A DNA stretch of 64,000 nucleotides from Flavobacteriaceae bacterium (GTDB taxonomy: Bacteria; Bacteroidota; Bacteroidia; Flavobacteriales; Flavobacteriaceae), in the NCBI GenBank assembly GCA_965655805.1, contig CBFHJN010000002.1, positions 3,143-67,142 on the forward strand. The letters are read 5' to 3'. The notes beneath the pieces were generated by a model. It saw nothing but the letters and a program-made list of their open reading frames with translations, was not told where the DNA came from and did no database searches. Shown piece by piece: positions 55,994 through 64,000 of the stretch (the stretch's first letter is position 1; each line of letters starts with the position of its first letter). The position numbers were made by a program, and so were the translations under genes.

Positions 55994-57382
55994 TTAATTC
56001 GTTTTTGTTATTGATATAGGCTGACCATTTAATATATTTATTACTAATGTGTAATTGAAAGACTCACTCCAACTCACCGGAATGCCATCAATGTCAATAC
56101 CATAAGTCATTGTTCCTTCAAAATAAATTGTTACAACATTATTAACATTATCAATTGAATGAGCCATCTCATCATCTGATTGATTCCAAGAGGTTAGCGG
56201 CCAAAATCCTATTGTTTCTGAATTTACTTCTAAAAGTTCATATGCTTGATTATTTGTTGGGTTTTCTAATTTAGAAATTACATTAATTTCTAATTTGGCT
56301 AAAGTACCTGCATAATTAATAGTAAATTCGGTTTTAATATTTCCATTTTGTACAGTTGTGTTTTGTCCAAGTTCTAATGTCTGGTCATCTAAAAAGAGTT
56401 GAAAATCATTAACTGAATTAAAACTTAAAGTATTGTTTAAATCTAATGTGCTATCAATCACATACGAATCACCTTCATCAAGTATATCATTTAATTGAAT
56501 TTCTATAATATGGATTGGGTTTGGAACAAAACAATTTGTTTTACAAGTTATTGTCGTTGTTGAACTACCTGAACTACCTCCATGATTGGGATTACTATTT
56601 GGATTTGTTGGGTTATAGTCTGGAGCATTCCCACCATTACTTGGGTATCCACCTCCACCATCACAAGAAACTAATGTTGGGATGTTCACATAACCTCCAC
56701 TTGTTGCCGTATTAATTGTTCCCCACAGTGGGCATGCTGAACCTACGCTATAAGGGTGTTGCTCAGACCCTAAACAATTTGTAGCTTCTTGGTATACATA
56801 ATTGTCTTCATAACAACTACCGTTATAATAGTATTTTCCAAAAATATCATCGGTTAATCCATCATCATTAATTTCGATAAACGTAACTTTCCTTTCCATA
56901 TCAACAGGTTGTAAAAAGTTTATCGCCGTCTTTTCATCATCTGTTAATTCATATTGGATCAAATATGCCATATACGAACCATCAGTATCTTCAACTAGCA
57001 GTAAGTTTTCTAAAAGTCCATTGTCCACTTCTCTGAAAACAGGAAAAGTATAGGTGTATTTTGTACCATCAAAAATTTCTTTACAATAGTCCGTATTGAC
57101 AGTAAATCCATTTTCTTCACTATAAACTTCGCGACCATTAATAGATGTTGCTTTAGATTGCACTTTTAATTTGGTTTCAATTTTTTCCAATTAGGTAAGT
57201 AAACTTTTCTTTTCAAGAATTTTATCCTTACGTAACGTAGTAATTTTAAAATCAGATTCTGTTTTTGAACTTTCATTTGATTGATTCGTAAAATCGTCTT
57301 TCTGGCAACTGGCCAAAATTAATGAAATTCCAAAGAGCAGAATTCCCAATTTTAAATAGTTTGTGATTTGGGTTTGTTTCAT
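55994..57382 (-). pseudogene. 462-codon surface lipoprotein gene split by one in-frame TAA (57191-57193)
   Basis: The 63-aa ORF with lipobox LASC-QKDD and the 398-aa ORF are in the same frame: ...KSLLT*LEKIETK.... Architecture is an N-domain, a Cys/Gly/Pro/Asn linker and an ~170-aa C-domain. Confidence 0.85.
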
Positions 57383-57480
57383 AGGTTGTATTGGTTTAAA
57401 GTTAGTATAAAATGTTTAAAATTCTGTTTAAAATAACTGATTCATACTGAAATCCTGAACCAAATTATTCCGCAATAATC

Positions 57481-57488
57481 CAAACCTA
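57481..57488 (-). promoter_or_regulatory. -7 element (TAGGTTTG) of the accessory lipoprotein cassette, next to an A11 tract (57491-57501)
   Basis: Exact TAnnTTTG on the minus strand, 98 nt upstream of ATG 57382. Confidence 0.5.
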
Positions 57489-57553
57489 CTAAAAAAAAAA
57501 ATGATTAGAACTAGCTTTTTTGGTGAAATATGTACCGTTCATCGAAAACCCAA

Positions 57554-57577
57554 AAAACCGTTACGGTTTTCCCGTAA
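57554..57577. promoter_or_regulatory. Interlocking palindromes, candidate transcription-factor operator
   Basis: AAAACCGT-T-ACGGTTTT (57554-57570) overlaps TTACGG-TTTTC-CCGTAA (57561-57577). Confidence 0.55.
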
Positions 57578-57683
57578 AATGGTCCAGTTTCAGCACTTTT
57601 GCTTTTTTGGCACTATGAATTTTTAACTTGTAATCCTGTTTTTTACTTCCCAATTCATACTTTTAACCCAAACACTAAAATTA

Positions 57684-58649
57684 ATGACCAGCACACAAAA
57701 GTCAGCAGATTCTTCAAGCACTTTTACTATTGCTTTTTATAATACCGAAAACTTGTTTGATATTTATAATGATCGTAGCAAACACGATCGGGATTATTTG
57801 CCCAATTCAGAAAGACGTTGGACGCAAAAACGTTACCAAAATAAAATTCAGAAATTGGGATTCGCTATTTCTAAAATTGGTTCAACTGAAAACGGAAAAT
57901 CACCGAGTATTGTTGGTTTGGCGGAAGTAGAAAATGGGAAAGTGATTCGCGATTTACTAAATTCAGAACATTTAAAGGATATTTGTTACGATTTTGTTCA
58001 TTTCAACTCCAAAGATGAACGTGGCATGGATGTCGCCTTAATTTATAACACAACCGAATTTACAGTAACGCATTCAGAAATTCATGCATTGACCTTTGAT
58101 AGACCTGAAGGTGGTGACGATTTTACACGTGATGTACTTTTAGTAACGGGATTGTTGAAAGGTGAAAGCATTTCAATTATAGTCAACCATTGGGCTTCTA
58201 GACGCGAAGGTACGAGGCTATCTGAAGCCAAACGCCTGCTGTCATCAGAAAAAGTAGGTGTTATCATTCAAAATTTAAAACAAGCTCATGAAGATGCTAA
58301 AATTATCGTGATGGGCGATTTTAATGATGATCCGAACTGTAAGAGTATTGAGCAGTTAACAGAAAGCAACAATTTATTCAATCCAATGAATACCTTGCGC
58401 TCGTATAATCGTGGGAGTTTGGTGCATCATTTAAGATGGCATTTATTTGATCAGATTATGATTTCTACTAATTTTTTTAAACCAGATGGCGACCTTTTGG
58501 AATTTGATGAAGCCAATATTTTTGATGCTGATTTTTTAAAAGAATACAAAGGAAAATATAAAGGCACTCCGTTTAGAACTTATGCTGGCGACAAACATAA
58601 AGGTGGTTATAGCGATCACTTTCCGGTTTATATAACATTGAAGACATAA
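57684..58649 (+). CDS. Endonuclease/exonuclease/phosphatase (EEP) family protein without a signal peptide
   Basis: AFYNTENLFD, GLAEVEN, DERGMDVA, NHW, MGDFND, FDQI and SDHFP. An in-frame TAA at 57624 excludes an upstream signal peptide. Confidence 0.92.
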   Translation: MTSTQKSADSSSTFTIAFYNTENLFDIYNDRSKHDRDYLPNSERRWTQKRYQNKIQKLGFAISKIGSTENGKSPSIVGLAEVENGKVIRDLLNSEHLKDICYDFVHFNSKDERGMDVALIYNTTEFTVTHSEIHALTFDRPEGGDDFTRDVLLVTGLLKGESISIIVNHWASRREGTRLSEAKRLLSSEKVGVIIQNLKQAHEDAKIIVMGDFNDDPNCKSIEQLTESNNLFNPMNTLRSYNRGSLVHHLRWHLFDQIMISTNFFKPDGDLLEFDEANIFDADFLKEYKGKYKGTPFRTYAGDKHKGGYSDHFPVYITLKT

Positions 58650-58656
58650 GCTAGTC

Positions 58657-59028
58657 TTAAACCGCTTGCCAAAGTATAACGGACAATAAAATACAAGCTA
58701 CTGGAAATAACCAAAGCAAAATAATAGAGTGGTTTTGAGATTTCTTTTGAATCATTTTAGCATTTAAAACTTGACGCTTTCTACCAGCAAACTGCATCCA
58801 GTTTTTAAACCATATAAATATGCAAGCCATGATAAAGAGTATCCATGCTTTATCTTTAGATATGGTATTAAGATGCATTTGACTCGAAAATCCAGCAAAA
58901 AACATACCCAACACTAATAAAATTGAACATTGTAAAAAGGATATATAACTTGTAGCAATTTGATGTGCTTTTTTGTTCTTACGGTTTTTGTAATACTTAA
59001 AAATACTAAAGAATAAAGAATTAAACAT
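58657..59028 (-). CDS. Hypothetical three-TM membrane protein
   Basis: Three hydrophobic helices with basic loops (YKNRKNKK, GRKR). 123-aa ORF. Confidence 0.7.
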   Translation of the reverse strand: MFNSLFFSIFKYYKNRKNKKAHQIATSYISFLQCSILLVLGMFFAGFSSQMHLNTISKDKAWILFIMACIFIWFKNWMQFAGRKRQVLNAKMIQKKSQNHSIILLWLFPVACILLSVILWQAV

Positions 59029-59050
59029 AGTCTGGCTTATGTGAAAATTA

Positions 59051-59083
59051 AAAACCTGCTAAATATAGTATTTAGCAGGTTTT
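59051..59083. terminator. Intrinsic terminator closing the TonB receptor-DUF5689 operon
   Basis: AAAACCTGCTAAATA-tag-TATTTAGCAGGTTTT, a perfect 15-bp stem. Confidence 0.88.
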
Positions 59084-59105
59084 AATAGTATTAAATTAAC
59101 AACTT

Positions 59106-60503
59106 TTATTCGGTTGCAAACACGTTGAAATTATCAACTTGGTATGCACCATCTAAAGTTGTATCAGTTCCAGAACCTGTAACTTTAAAGGCTACGTAAA
59201 GCGTTCCTGTGTAACCAGAAATATCAATTAAACCAGAATCTACCATTTCATACCAGCTATTATCCATAGTAGGTAAGCTAGCTGATACAGGCTCCCAAGT
59301 GGCAGCTAAAACATCGGTTCCATCAAAATCCGTTGAAACAAAAACCTCTAAAGTATTTGCAGCCGATTCTAAATGGTGTTGTGCAGCTGTAAAGTTTAAA
59401 CGCTCATCATCTTGCGCATCCATATCAATTCCAGGAGATACTAACCAAGCAATATTTACTGGACTTCCTGAATTAAATGTACTGAATTCTGTATAACCAT
59501 TGTTATCAAATGTTTTTTCTCTCCAAATCCAAGAACCCGCTTCTGCAAAGTTTGTCCAGCCTGGAATATCTAAATTGGTATTGTTAGTTACTGATTCAAA
59601 ATCTTCACTAAAAATAGCAACTGCTAATGAACAACGCGCTCCATCAAGGTTTACATCGTCAATAGAGTTTAAAGCCAATACTACAGAAGCACCATCAAAT
59701 GTTTTGTTTACTACAGCCTTTAGCGTACCATTTCCTGTTGGTAATAATTCATTTTTGAAAGTAGAAAAACCACTGGTTTCAAGATTAATGGTAGTATAGT
59801 TAACTCCACCACATGATTGAAGTTGTCTTTTCGTATCAAAATCTTCCATGGGATCAAAGTAACGCTTACCTGCTAAATTATCAGCAAACTCCACATTATC
59901 TAATTGTACAAAAACTCCAACAAGACTTGAATTTATTTGAGAAACAGATACGTTTAAAGGGACTATTTCTTCTGTAACCGCAGATCTGAATACGTGTGTT
60001 CTAGCTCGTGTTTGACCTAAACTAGTAACTGTTGTTCCGTATTGATCCGTTTCAATACCACCACCAATAGCAGTAACACCATTACCAACACGTTCTTCAC
60101 CAATATATAAATCTTTCAAGCTTACGTATACCTCACGGCCAAAGTTAAACTGATTGTACATATCTACTTGGTTTATAATAACTTTAATAGCTATCGTTGG
60201 GCTTGTAGGACTATCTTGGAGATAAAACTCTTTGAAAAAATTTCCTGATTTATCAGAAGAAGATACATAACCTTTTATGTAAATATTTTCATCAATTGGC
60301 TCTAAAAAATCGCCTTCAGAATACATAGCTTTAGCTTCAGAAATAGATATTTCAATTCCGTTAGCTAATAAGGTATTCAAACGTGCATTTTCTTCATCAC
60401 CTAAACTTGTAGGAATGGTATAATCATCATCTTGTACACAAGATACAATAGCTAAACTAGCAACTACTGTTAATACTAAGGTTAAAAATTTATTTGTTTT
60501 CAT
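59106..60503 (-). CDS. DUF5689-domain surface lipoprotein (tandem OB-like folds) with a C-terminal beta-sandwich domain
   Basis: Lipobox IVSC-VQDDDY, IKGYVSSSDKSGNFFKEFYLQD, GREVYVSLKDL.IG, VFVQLDNVEF, SGFSTFK...PTGNG, then FSEDFES...WLVSP. Confidence 0.8.
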   Translation of the reverse strand: MKTNKFLTLVLTVVASLAIVSCVQDDDYTIPTSLGDEENARLNTLLANGIEISISEAKAMYSEGDFLEPIDENIYIKGYVSSSDKSGNFFKEFYLQDSPTSPTIAIKVIINQVDMYNQFNFGREVYVSLKDLYIGEERVGNGVTAIGGGIETDQYGTTVTSLGQTRARTHVFRSAVTEEIVPLNVSVSQINSSLVGVFVQLDNVEFADNLAGKRYFDPMEDFDTKRQLQSCGGVNYTTINLETSGFSTFKNELLPTGNGTLKAVVNKTFDGASVVLALNSIDDVNLDGARCSLAVAIFSEDFESVTNNTNLDIPGWTNFAEAGSWIWREKTFDNNGYTEFSTFNSGSPVNIAWLVSPGIDMDAQDDERLNFTAAQHHLESAANTLEVFVSTDFDGTDVLAATWEPVSASLPTMDNSWYEMVDSGLIDISGYTGTLYVAFKVTGSGTDTTLDGAYQVDNFNVFATE

Positions 60504-60541
60504 AATAAATAATACGTTTAATTAATTTTTCTTTTTCTTTT

Positions 60542-63358
60542 TTAGAATCTAAAGTTAACATTTACAAAATAAGTAGCACCACGTCCGTACCAATATTTTG
60601 GTCCAAATTGACGTTTAGGGGTTTGATTGTCAGCTAACAACTCTGTATAATTTGCATTTCTACCTTGTTCAAAACCACCTGTCTTATAAACCTCGTCCAA
60701 TAAGTTATTAACACTAGCAAATAAGCCAATGTAGTAATCACCTATTTTCCATGATTTTCCACCCGTTAAGTTTACAGTAAAATAGGCATCAATCTCTTCT
60801 TGCTTTAATAATTCCGTCGCTACATCTTGATCGTAATTATTAATAGGCAATCCATCATTTGCTAAATAAAAGTTTTGTGTTCTCAAAAGTGGACTCACAT
60901 CTATATAAGCATTGGCAAGGTAATTTACCGTTGCACCAAAGAACCAGTAATCTGGATCGCGATATTCAAAACCTAATGAATAGGCTTGTTGTGGGCCACC
61001 AGCTACTTTATAATCTTTTAAATTAGATGTAACCGTTGGTGTTTTATTAAGACCAAAACTAGTTGATGTTAAATATAGATTAGGATTGTTATCATAGGTA
61101 TATTGACCAACCGATGCTACACCTTTTAATTTAATAGTTGGTGTTACTTGCGCTTCAATACCCAATTCCGCACCAACATGTTTTTTATCAACACCTTGCA
61201 ATACTTCCTGAACAAATGCAGATGTGTCATTAAAAGCATCTTGAGGATCTTGGTTATCGTCTGTTATAACTTCGGCGTTTGTAATACCATCCGCATAATA
61301 GAATCCAATTTCGTTGGCATCTTCAATTTTGGTATAGTAACCTGTTAATTTAGCCTTTACAATTGGCGATCTGAAAATATAACTAGCATCTACAGAAGTA
61401 ACTTTCTCTTCTGTTATGTTTTCAACCACACTATTGCTATCTCTTGAATTCGAGTAAGAATTTCTAATAGTTGGTGCTTTTGTAACGTAACCACCATTCA
61501 CATCTATTAAATGCTTACCAGTTATTTTATAAGTAATACCTGCTTTTGCACCAATACCCATAAAGTTTAATTTTTCGCCCTTTCCAGAGGAGTTATCCTC
61601 TAAAACAATACTAGGATCGGCATTATCAAGTCTTAATTGACCTTCATTTTGCCATAAACCTTCACGTTGGTAGGATGTACTTGTTACACTTCCTGAAAGA
61701 TAGAAATCTACTTTACTATATTTAAATTGTGCTTGCGCATATCCTGAAATAATATCTGCATTGATATTATAGTTATAACGGAATTTATCCCCTTCACCTA
61801 AAACACGATCTGGATTTTGGAAATCGTATTGGAAGTTATCAAACGAATCTACATTTAAAACGCCAGAACCACCTAATAAATCAATGATTTCACCAAAGTT
61901 TTTAGACTTTAAATTTTTGTAGTTAACAGCTGCATTTAAAACTATATTCTCACTAATTTCTGTGTTGAAAATGGAATTAACAGTGATTTGTTTATCATCT
62001 GTACGATCTTCATATAATACATAGGCATTGGTATCACCAGCTGCAGCATTTGTAACATTGGCATCTAAAATACGTTCCCAATCTATTTGACCGTCATTCA
62101 TAAAGTTTTGTTCAGCAATATAAGCTCCTGCATAATCAGGACCATCATTATCTGCTAAAAAATAACTTGGTAAATCTTGATAGTATGCAGGACTTGGGTT
62201 TCCACCTCCACTATAATCTAAACGGCTATTTCCAATTTTACCATATTGGTAACCAACATTGGTATTTAAAGTTGTTTTACTATTAATATCCCAATAATGG
62301 TTTAACATAAATATTGGTTCTTCAATTTCCTTGATACGTGAATTTTTCTTTTCACCATCTAACCAACCCCAATATTCGTTGTATTTAATGTCTTTTAAAT
62401 CGTAAACCTCTTGTGTGTTTGGTGAGGATTTTCCACGACGATTTGGCGTGTACATAGATGTAAAGTTCAAACTATGTTTATCATTAATTTGCTTTTCAAC
62501 AGCAACGAAGAATGAATTAGCATCGTACAAAGTAGCATCTTGATACCCTTCATTTCCCCAGCGTCTTCCGCCCATTACAGCGTAAGACCATCCACCTTCT
62601 AATAAACCAGATGCATAACTAGCCATTACACGGTTGGTATAACTTCTATTGGAAGATGAATATGTCACACGACCACCTTCACGATATTGTGAGGCACGTA
62701 CATTCATATTCGTTGTTCCTAAAATACCACCAAAATTATAAGCTGAAGGCGCTAAACCTGTTGTTAATTCTTGATTACGAAGCATATCATTTAATCCTCC
62801 CCAATCACTCCATTGTGGTCTACCATCGTAGATTTTGTTCATTTCGATACCGTTAATTAAAACCGAACCGTTTTCTGAATCTAAACCTCTAACTCTAAAA
62901 AATGAAGAACTCCACTCAAAAGCAGCTGTTCGCTGAAAAACATCTTGTGATGATTGCAATAAACCTGAAATATTATCAAGTCCACCTGTATCATCATCCA
63001 ATTCATCTTCTGTAAGCTGAATGGTAAATAAATCTGCAGATGTATCGCGTTCCAATGTCATGTCTGTAATATTTACAGTCTGACCTTCATTAATCACAAT
63101 TGGATATCTTTTAAAAACGTATTCGTCTTTAGATATTCTTAAAATTTGATCTCCTAACGGTAAATCCGAAGAGAATTCGAACATTCCATTTTCATCCGTT
63201 GTGGTAGTCGTGTTTGTACCTTCAATGGTAACCGTTACATTTCGAATTGGATTTAAAGAAATGACATCAGTTACACTTCCTTTCACAACCGTTTGCTGCG
63301 CAAATGCAGTAATAGTAGCGAAAAATCCAAATAAAAAAACAATTAAACTTTTTTTCAT
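60542..63358 (-). CDS. TonB-dependent receptor-like outer-membrane protein with an N-terminal carboxypeptidase-regulatory-like domain
   Basis: Signal peptide AFA/QQ, VKGSVTD...NVTVTIEG...TTDENGMF, plug FRVRGLD...VLINGI, barrel ending YGRGATYFVNVNFRF. Confidence 0.9.
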   Translation of the reverse strand: MKKSLIVFLFGFFATITAFAQQTVVKGSVTDVISLNPIRNVTVTIEGTNTTTTTDENGMFEFSSDLPLGDQILRISKDEYVFKRYPIVINEGQTVNITDMTLERDTSADLFTIQLTEDELDDDTGGLDNISGLLQSSQDVFQRTAAFEWSSSFFRVRGLDSENGSVLINGIEMNKIYDGRPQWSDWGGLNDMLRNQELTTGLAPSAYNFGGILGTTNMNVRASQYREGGRVTYSSSNRSYTNRVMASYASGLLEGGWSYAVMGGRRWGNEGYQDATLYDANSFFVAVEKQINDKHSLNFTSMYTPNRRGKSSPNTQEVYDLKDIKYNEYWGWLDGEKKNSRIKEIEEPIFMLNHYWDINSKTTLNTNVGYQYGKIGNSRLDYSGGGNPSPAYYQDLPSYFLADNDGPDYAGAYIAEQNFMNDGQIDWERILDANVTNAAAGDTNAYVLYEDRTDDKQITVNSIFNTEISENIVLNAAVNYKNLKSKNFGEIIDLLGGSGVLNVDSFDNFQYDFQNPDRVLGEGDKFRYNYNINADIISGYAQAQFKYSKVDFYLSGSVTSTSYQREGLWQNEGQLRLDNADPSIVLEDNSSGKGEKLNFMGIGAKAGITYKITGKHLIDVNGGYVTKAPTIRNSYSNSRDSNSVVENITEEKVTSVDASYIFRSPIVKAKLTGYYTKIEDANEIGFYYADGITNAEVITDDNQDPQDAFNDTSAFVQEVLQGVDKKHVGAELGIEAQVTPTIKLKGVASVGQYTYDNNPNLYLTSTSFGLNKTPTVTSNLKDYKVAGGPQQAYSLGFEYRDPDYWFFGATVNYLANAYIDVSPLLRTQNFYLANDGLPINNYDQDVATELLKQEEIDAYFTVNLTGGKSWKIGDYYIGLFASVNNLLDEVYKTGGFEQGRNANYTELLADNQTPKRQFGPKYWYGRGATYFVNVNFRF

Positions 63359-63418
63359 ACTAGAATTTATAATTAAAAATATTGATACTTTGCGTTAAAT
63401 GTTAATTAAATAAGCGTG

Positions 63419-63426
63419 CAAATTTA
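63419..63426 (-). promoter_or_regulatory. -7 element (TAAATTTG) of the TonB receptor operon
   Basis: Exact motif on the minus strand, 60 nt upstream of ATG 63358. Confidence 0.65.
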
Positions 63427-63446
63427 CATTATTTATAATAAATATC

Positions 63447-63454
63447 TACTTTTG
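63447..63454 (+). promoter_or_regulatory. -7 element (TACTTTTG) of the secreted EEP gene
   Basis: Exact motif 46 nt upstream of ATG 63501, back-to-back with the receptor promoter. Confidence 0.65.
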
Positions 63455-63500
63455 GCGTGAGATTTGTATTAACATAACTTAAACATAACAATAGAGACTA

Positions 63501-64000
63501 ATGAAAAATTTTAAAGTTTGGATTACTGTAATCCTTGTATGCTTTACCATCACTGCGAAAGCTCAACAAGGGAAAAAATTTAAAATTCATACGGTAGCCT
63601 TTTATAATCTAGAAAATTTATTTGATACCATTAATGATCCGAATAAAAATGATGAAGCTAGCCCAATCATGGAAATGAAGATCAACACGAGCGAAATTTA
63701 CAAAAAGAAAGTATCAAACATGGCTCGTGTTTTAGCAGATATTGGTACAGATACTGCCAAAAATTCACCAGTAATTATCGGTGTTTCGGAAATTGAGAAT
63801 CAAGATGTTTTAGAAGATGTTGTGAATGATCCGCAATTGATTTCTAAAGATTATGGTATTGTGCATTATGATTCGCCAGATCGTCGTGGCATTGATGTGG
63901 GTTTAATTTATCAGAAAAAATATTTCACACCTTTACACACTAGTAATCATGAACTAATTATTTACGATGATCTTTCTCGTGAGCGTGTTTATACCAGAGA
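63501..64000 (+). CDS. Secreted EEP-family nuclease/phosphatase, running off the window end (absent from the ORF track)
   Basis: Translated by hand: MKNFKVWITVILVCFTITAKA/QQGKKFKIHTVAFYNLENLFDT...IIGVSEIEN...HYDSPDRRGIDVGLIY, with no stop before 64000. Confidence 0.92.
   Translation, partial: MKNFKVWITVILVCFTITAKAQQGKKFKIHTVAFYNLENLFDTINDPNKNDEASPIMEMKINTSEIYKKKVSNMARVLADIGTDTAKNSPVIIGVSEIENQDVLEDVVNDPQLISKDYGIVHYDSPDRRGIDVGLIYQKKYFTPLHTSNHELIIYDDLSRERVYTR

Noticed and set aside
57191-57193. Recoded stop (selenocysteine or pyrrolysine)
   Set aside because: The codon is TAA, not TGA or TAG. All other genes use the standard code and no recoding hairpin is evident.
59106-63358. Classical SusC/SusD polysaccharide utilization locus
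   Set aside because: The lipoprotein lacks SusD TPR-helical features, no CAZyme or sensor-regulator is adjacent, and the linked enzymes are EEPs.
2786-63398. About 45 short ORFs (60-166 aa) in the track that overlap longer genes, e.g. 43666-44166, 51097-51468, 4762-5106, 8308-8667, 23898-24254, 16524-16772, 19530-19841, 33675-33944, 36386-36586
   Set aside because: They are antisense or alternate-frame shadows of well-supported genes, with no family motifs or initiation context of their own.
1-64000. tRNA, rRNA, IS elements, integrons
   Set aside because: Intergenic gaps are short and AT-rich, with no cloverleaf or T-loop signatures, transposase ORFs or terminal inverted repeats seen.

Overview
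AT-rich chromosomal window from a Flavobacteriaceae member (Bacteroidota), probably marine. Support: TAnnTTTG -7 promoters, an alpha2-type GlyRS, sdhCAB without sdhD, Gln-rule signal peptides and many acidic-tailed lipoproteins. I found no rRNA, tRNA, CRISPR array, transposase, integrase or prophage. Left to right: the 3' part of a large outer-membrane protein; a divalent-metal efflux operon (His-rich small protein, CzcA-TolC fusion, adaptor, P1B-4 ATPase); glyS, a ComF-family gene and an Ig-like lipoprotein; a yafV/ybdL amidase-aminotransferase pair; several peptidases; a membrane-anchored MutS-like ATPase; sdhCAB; brnQ; thiL; a four-lipoprotein operon ending in mbnP-mbnH-like genes; a suf cluster interleaved with envelope lipoprotein genes and two decayed genes; PBP1A and hflX; a small accessory cassette (nonsense-split lipoprotein plus an unannotated 52-aa membrane ORF); and a TonB-dependent receptor + DUF5689 lipoprotein flanked by two EEP nuclease paralogs. 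Best leads: (1) the receptor/DUF5689/EEP locus as a candidate extracellular nucleic-acid uptake system, (2) the choice-of-anchor-B/propeller/MbnP/MbnH lipoprotein operon, (3) a complete signal peptide inside the CzcA-TolC fusion, (4) the accessory cassette, and (5) a shared Fur-like box at suf and sdh. All family assignments come from motif recognition by eye, not from database searches.
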